A stretch of DNA of 64,000 nucleotides, from the NCBI GenBank assembly GCA_965246715.1, contig CBDFFH010000027.1:32001-96000 (forward strand). Direction: 5' to 3'. Source of the DNA: Chamaesiphon sp. (lineage in GTDB: Bacteria; Cyanobacteriota; Cyanobacteriia; Cyanobacteriales; Chamaesiphonaceae). Shown one piece after another: positions 62,404-64,000 of the stretch; positions within the stretch are counted from its first letter, which is position 1, and every line of letters begins with the position of its first letter. Position numbers and translations under genes: made by a program. The notes beneath the pieces were generated by a model. It was given only the letters and a program-made list of their open reading frames with translations, had not been told where the DNA came from and did not search any database.

Positions 62404-63186
62404 CTATCGCTGCTGCATCACATCGATCGCCGAGAGACCCTCAAGCGCGAGACCGATACTGACTCCATCTTCCATCGATCGCTTCAGTTGTTGGGTCAAG
62501 AGTAAACGGGCGTATCGTAAAGCTAACGGTGGCTGTGCCGCCATTTGTGCTGCCAACTCATGCGCTCTGGGCAACAGCTTTTCGGGCGATAAAACTTCGT
62601 TCACGGCACCTAATTCCAATGCCTCTTGTGCTGAAAGCTTTTGCTGTGTCAGCAGGAAGTAACGACCGCGATTCACACCCAAGAGCAACATCCACAGCAC
62701 CTGAACGCCGTCTCCTGGAGCAACTCCGTTCCCAAAATGCGGAAAGTCTTGAAATATTGCTGTTTCAGAAGACAGTACGACATCACACAACAATGCCAAC
62801 TCTGAGTGAGCGATCGCAGGCCCATTCACAACGCCAATCGTCGGCACGGGAATGTCAAGCTGAGCGTTGACGTTGTGTCTGCCTCGCCAGTAGGTGCGAT
62901 CCCAACCGCTAGCCGTGATGTTTTTACCCAAGCCATCAAAGCTAGCAAAACTCTCAGGATCGAAGTCAGCACAAAAGTTTTCACCTGTACCAGTGAGAAT
63001 CACGACTTTGTTGTCACGATCGGCACTGATATCAGCGAAGGCAAACCCAAGCTCTTCATGGATTGTTTTATTGAAGACTAAGGAGCCTCCATTCGTGTGC
63101 AGCCGCATCTCTAAAATGCCGTTTTGCCGCTCTAGATGGATGGATTCATACTTGTTGGCGTAATCATCGAAGGTCATGGTCTTCAT
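62404..63186 (-). CDS. Crotonase-family protein, 6-oxocamphor hydrolase-like
   Basis: IHEEL, NGPAIAH, QDFPHF..PGDG, NRGRYFLLT, LALE. Confidence 0.85.
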   Translation of the reverse strand: MKTMTFDDYANKYESIHLERQNGILEMRLHTNGGSLVFNKTIHEELGFAFADISADRDNKVVILTGTGENFCADFDPESFASFDGLGKNITASGWDRTYWRGRHNVNAQLDIPVPTIGVVNGPAIAHSELALLCDVVLSSETAIFQDFPHFGNGVAPGDGVQVLWMLLLGVNRGRYFLLTQQKLSAQEALELGAVNEVLSPEKLLPRAHELAAQMAAQPPLALRYARLLLTQQLKRSMEDGVSIGLALEGLSAIDVMQQR

Positions 63187-63470
63187 TTTTGTTCTCCTAA
63201 AAAATAGATTCAAATTAAGGTTTAGAAATCTGTTTGTGTACCAAGTGTCTGACTTTAATACCATCGAATGCAGTGTCGATCGACATTTCTCTTCAAGCGT
63301 CCAGTTCAGCTACTATCGTCAACGATCGATATCTTTTCTCTGAGCAAGTTGTAAATCGCTCTAGGCATGATTTACTCTCTCACCTAAGCTTTGATGCTTT
63401 TCGTCTGTCGAGACCTTGAGTTTGAGCTGATGGCAAAGCATGGGCAAAAAAGCCTTTATCTTTATTTCCC

Positions 63471-64000
63471 TCAATGCCAGAGTGTCACAATACCCCCATC
63501 AATTAAGATGTCCTGTCCAGTAATGTAGGATGACTCATCAGACGCTAGAAACAACACTGTGGGAGCTACTTCCTCTGCCGTTCCCCACCGCTTCATCGGA
63601 ATTTGTTGTCGTCTGTCTTCGATATGTTGCAGCGCATCAACTCCAGTTTTTTTGATAATTGGAGTGTCAATAAAGCCAGCACTAATAGAGTTGACCCGAA
63701 TTCCCCGTTCGACTAATTCTGCTGATAGCGATTTAGCTAGAGAAATTACAGCAGCCTTAGTAGCAGCATAAACATTACTTTTGGGTAGACCTCGATGCGC
63801 TGTCCATGAGGCATTCAGGATAATTGAAGCATTGTTGTTAATGCCCTTCAAAGATCTTTGAATTGTAAAAAACAATCCTTTAAAGTTGATGTCTACGATT
63901 CCATCAAAATCTGCTTCAGTCACCTCTAATATGGGAGAGAATTTACCAATACCCGCGTTAGCAAACAAAATATCAATATTGCCAAAACGTGCTTCAATTT
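63471..64000 (-). CDS. SDR oxidoreductase (5' end outside window)
   Basis: ANAG, YAATK, IDGG. Confidence 0.85.
   Translation of the reverse strand, partial: IEARFGNIDILFANAGIGKFSPILEVTEADFDGIVDINFKGLFFTIQRSLKGINNNASIILNASWTAHRGLPKSNVYAATKAAVISLAKSLSAELVERGIRVNSISAGFIDTPIIKKTGVDALQHIEDRRQQIPMKRWGTAEEVAPTVLFLASDESSYITGQDILIDGGIVTLWH

Noticed and set aside
1..64000. CRISPR array, tRNA or rRNA
   Set aside because: No regularly spaced repeats or recognisable structural RNA genes; the abundant CGATCG sites are HIP1 background.

Overview
64-kb accessory-type region from a cyanobacterium (dense CGATCG/GCGATCGC HIP1 sites; the frequent TCGATCGA variant suggests a Chamaesiphon-like genome, inference only). 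Most genes are on the minus strand and encode redox/detox enzymes (SDRs, NmrA-like, MDR, GST, pirin, P450, Rieske, GMC, PRISE), GNATs, methyltransferases and one-component regulators. The main non-obvious structure is: (1) an integron remnant missed by the ORF track, with an internally deleted, frameshifted intI (21996-22198), an attI-like site and one complete cassette with attC; (2) five 24-nt hairpin elements inserted in frame at four CG^ATC sites in four genes, one pair nested; (3) two MITE families sitting at the GTAG head of REP-like repeats; (4) a likely ancestral operon (glucose dehydrogenase, MGH1-like glycosidase, aquaporin, GMC oxidoreductase, two cNMP-domain kinases, REC-TrxB fusion, UBP-type Zn finger, MFS) now spread over about 42 kb, with short duplicated scars that record former adjacency; (5) tandem 6-oxocamphor-hydrolase-like crotonases next to a PRISE enone reductase. 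No rRNA, tRNA or CRISPR array was seen. All calls are by eye from motifs; no database searches were run.
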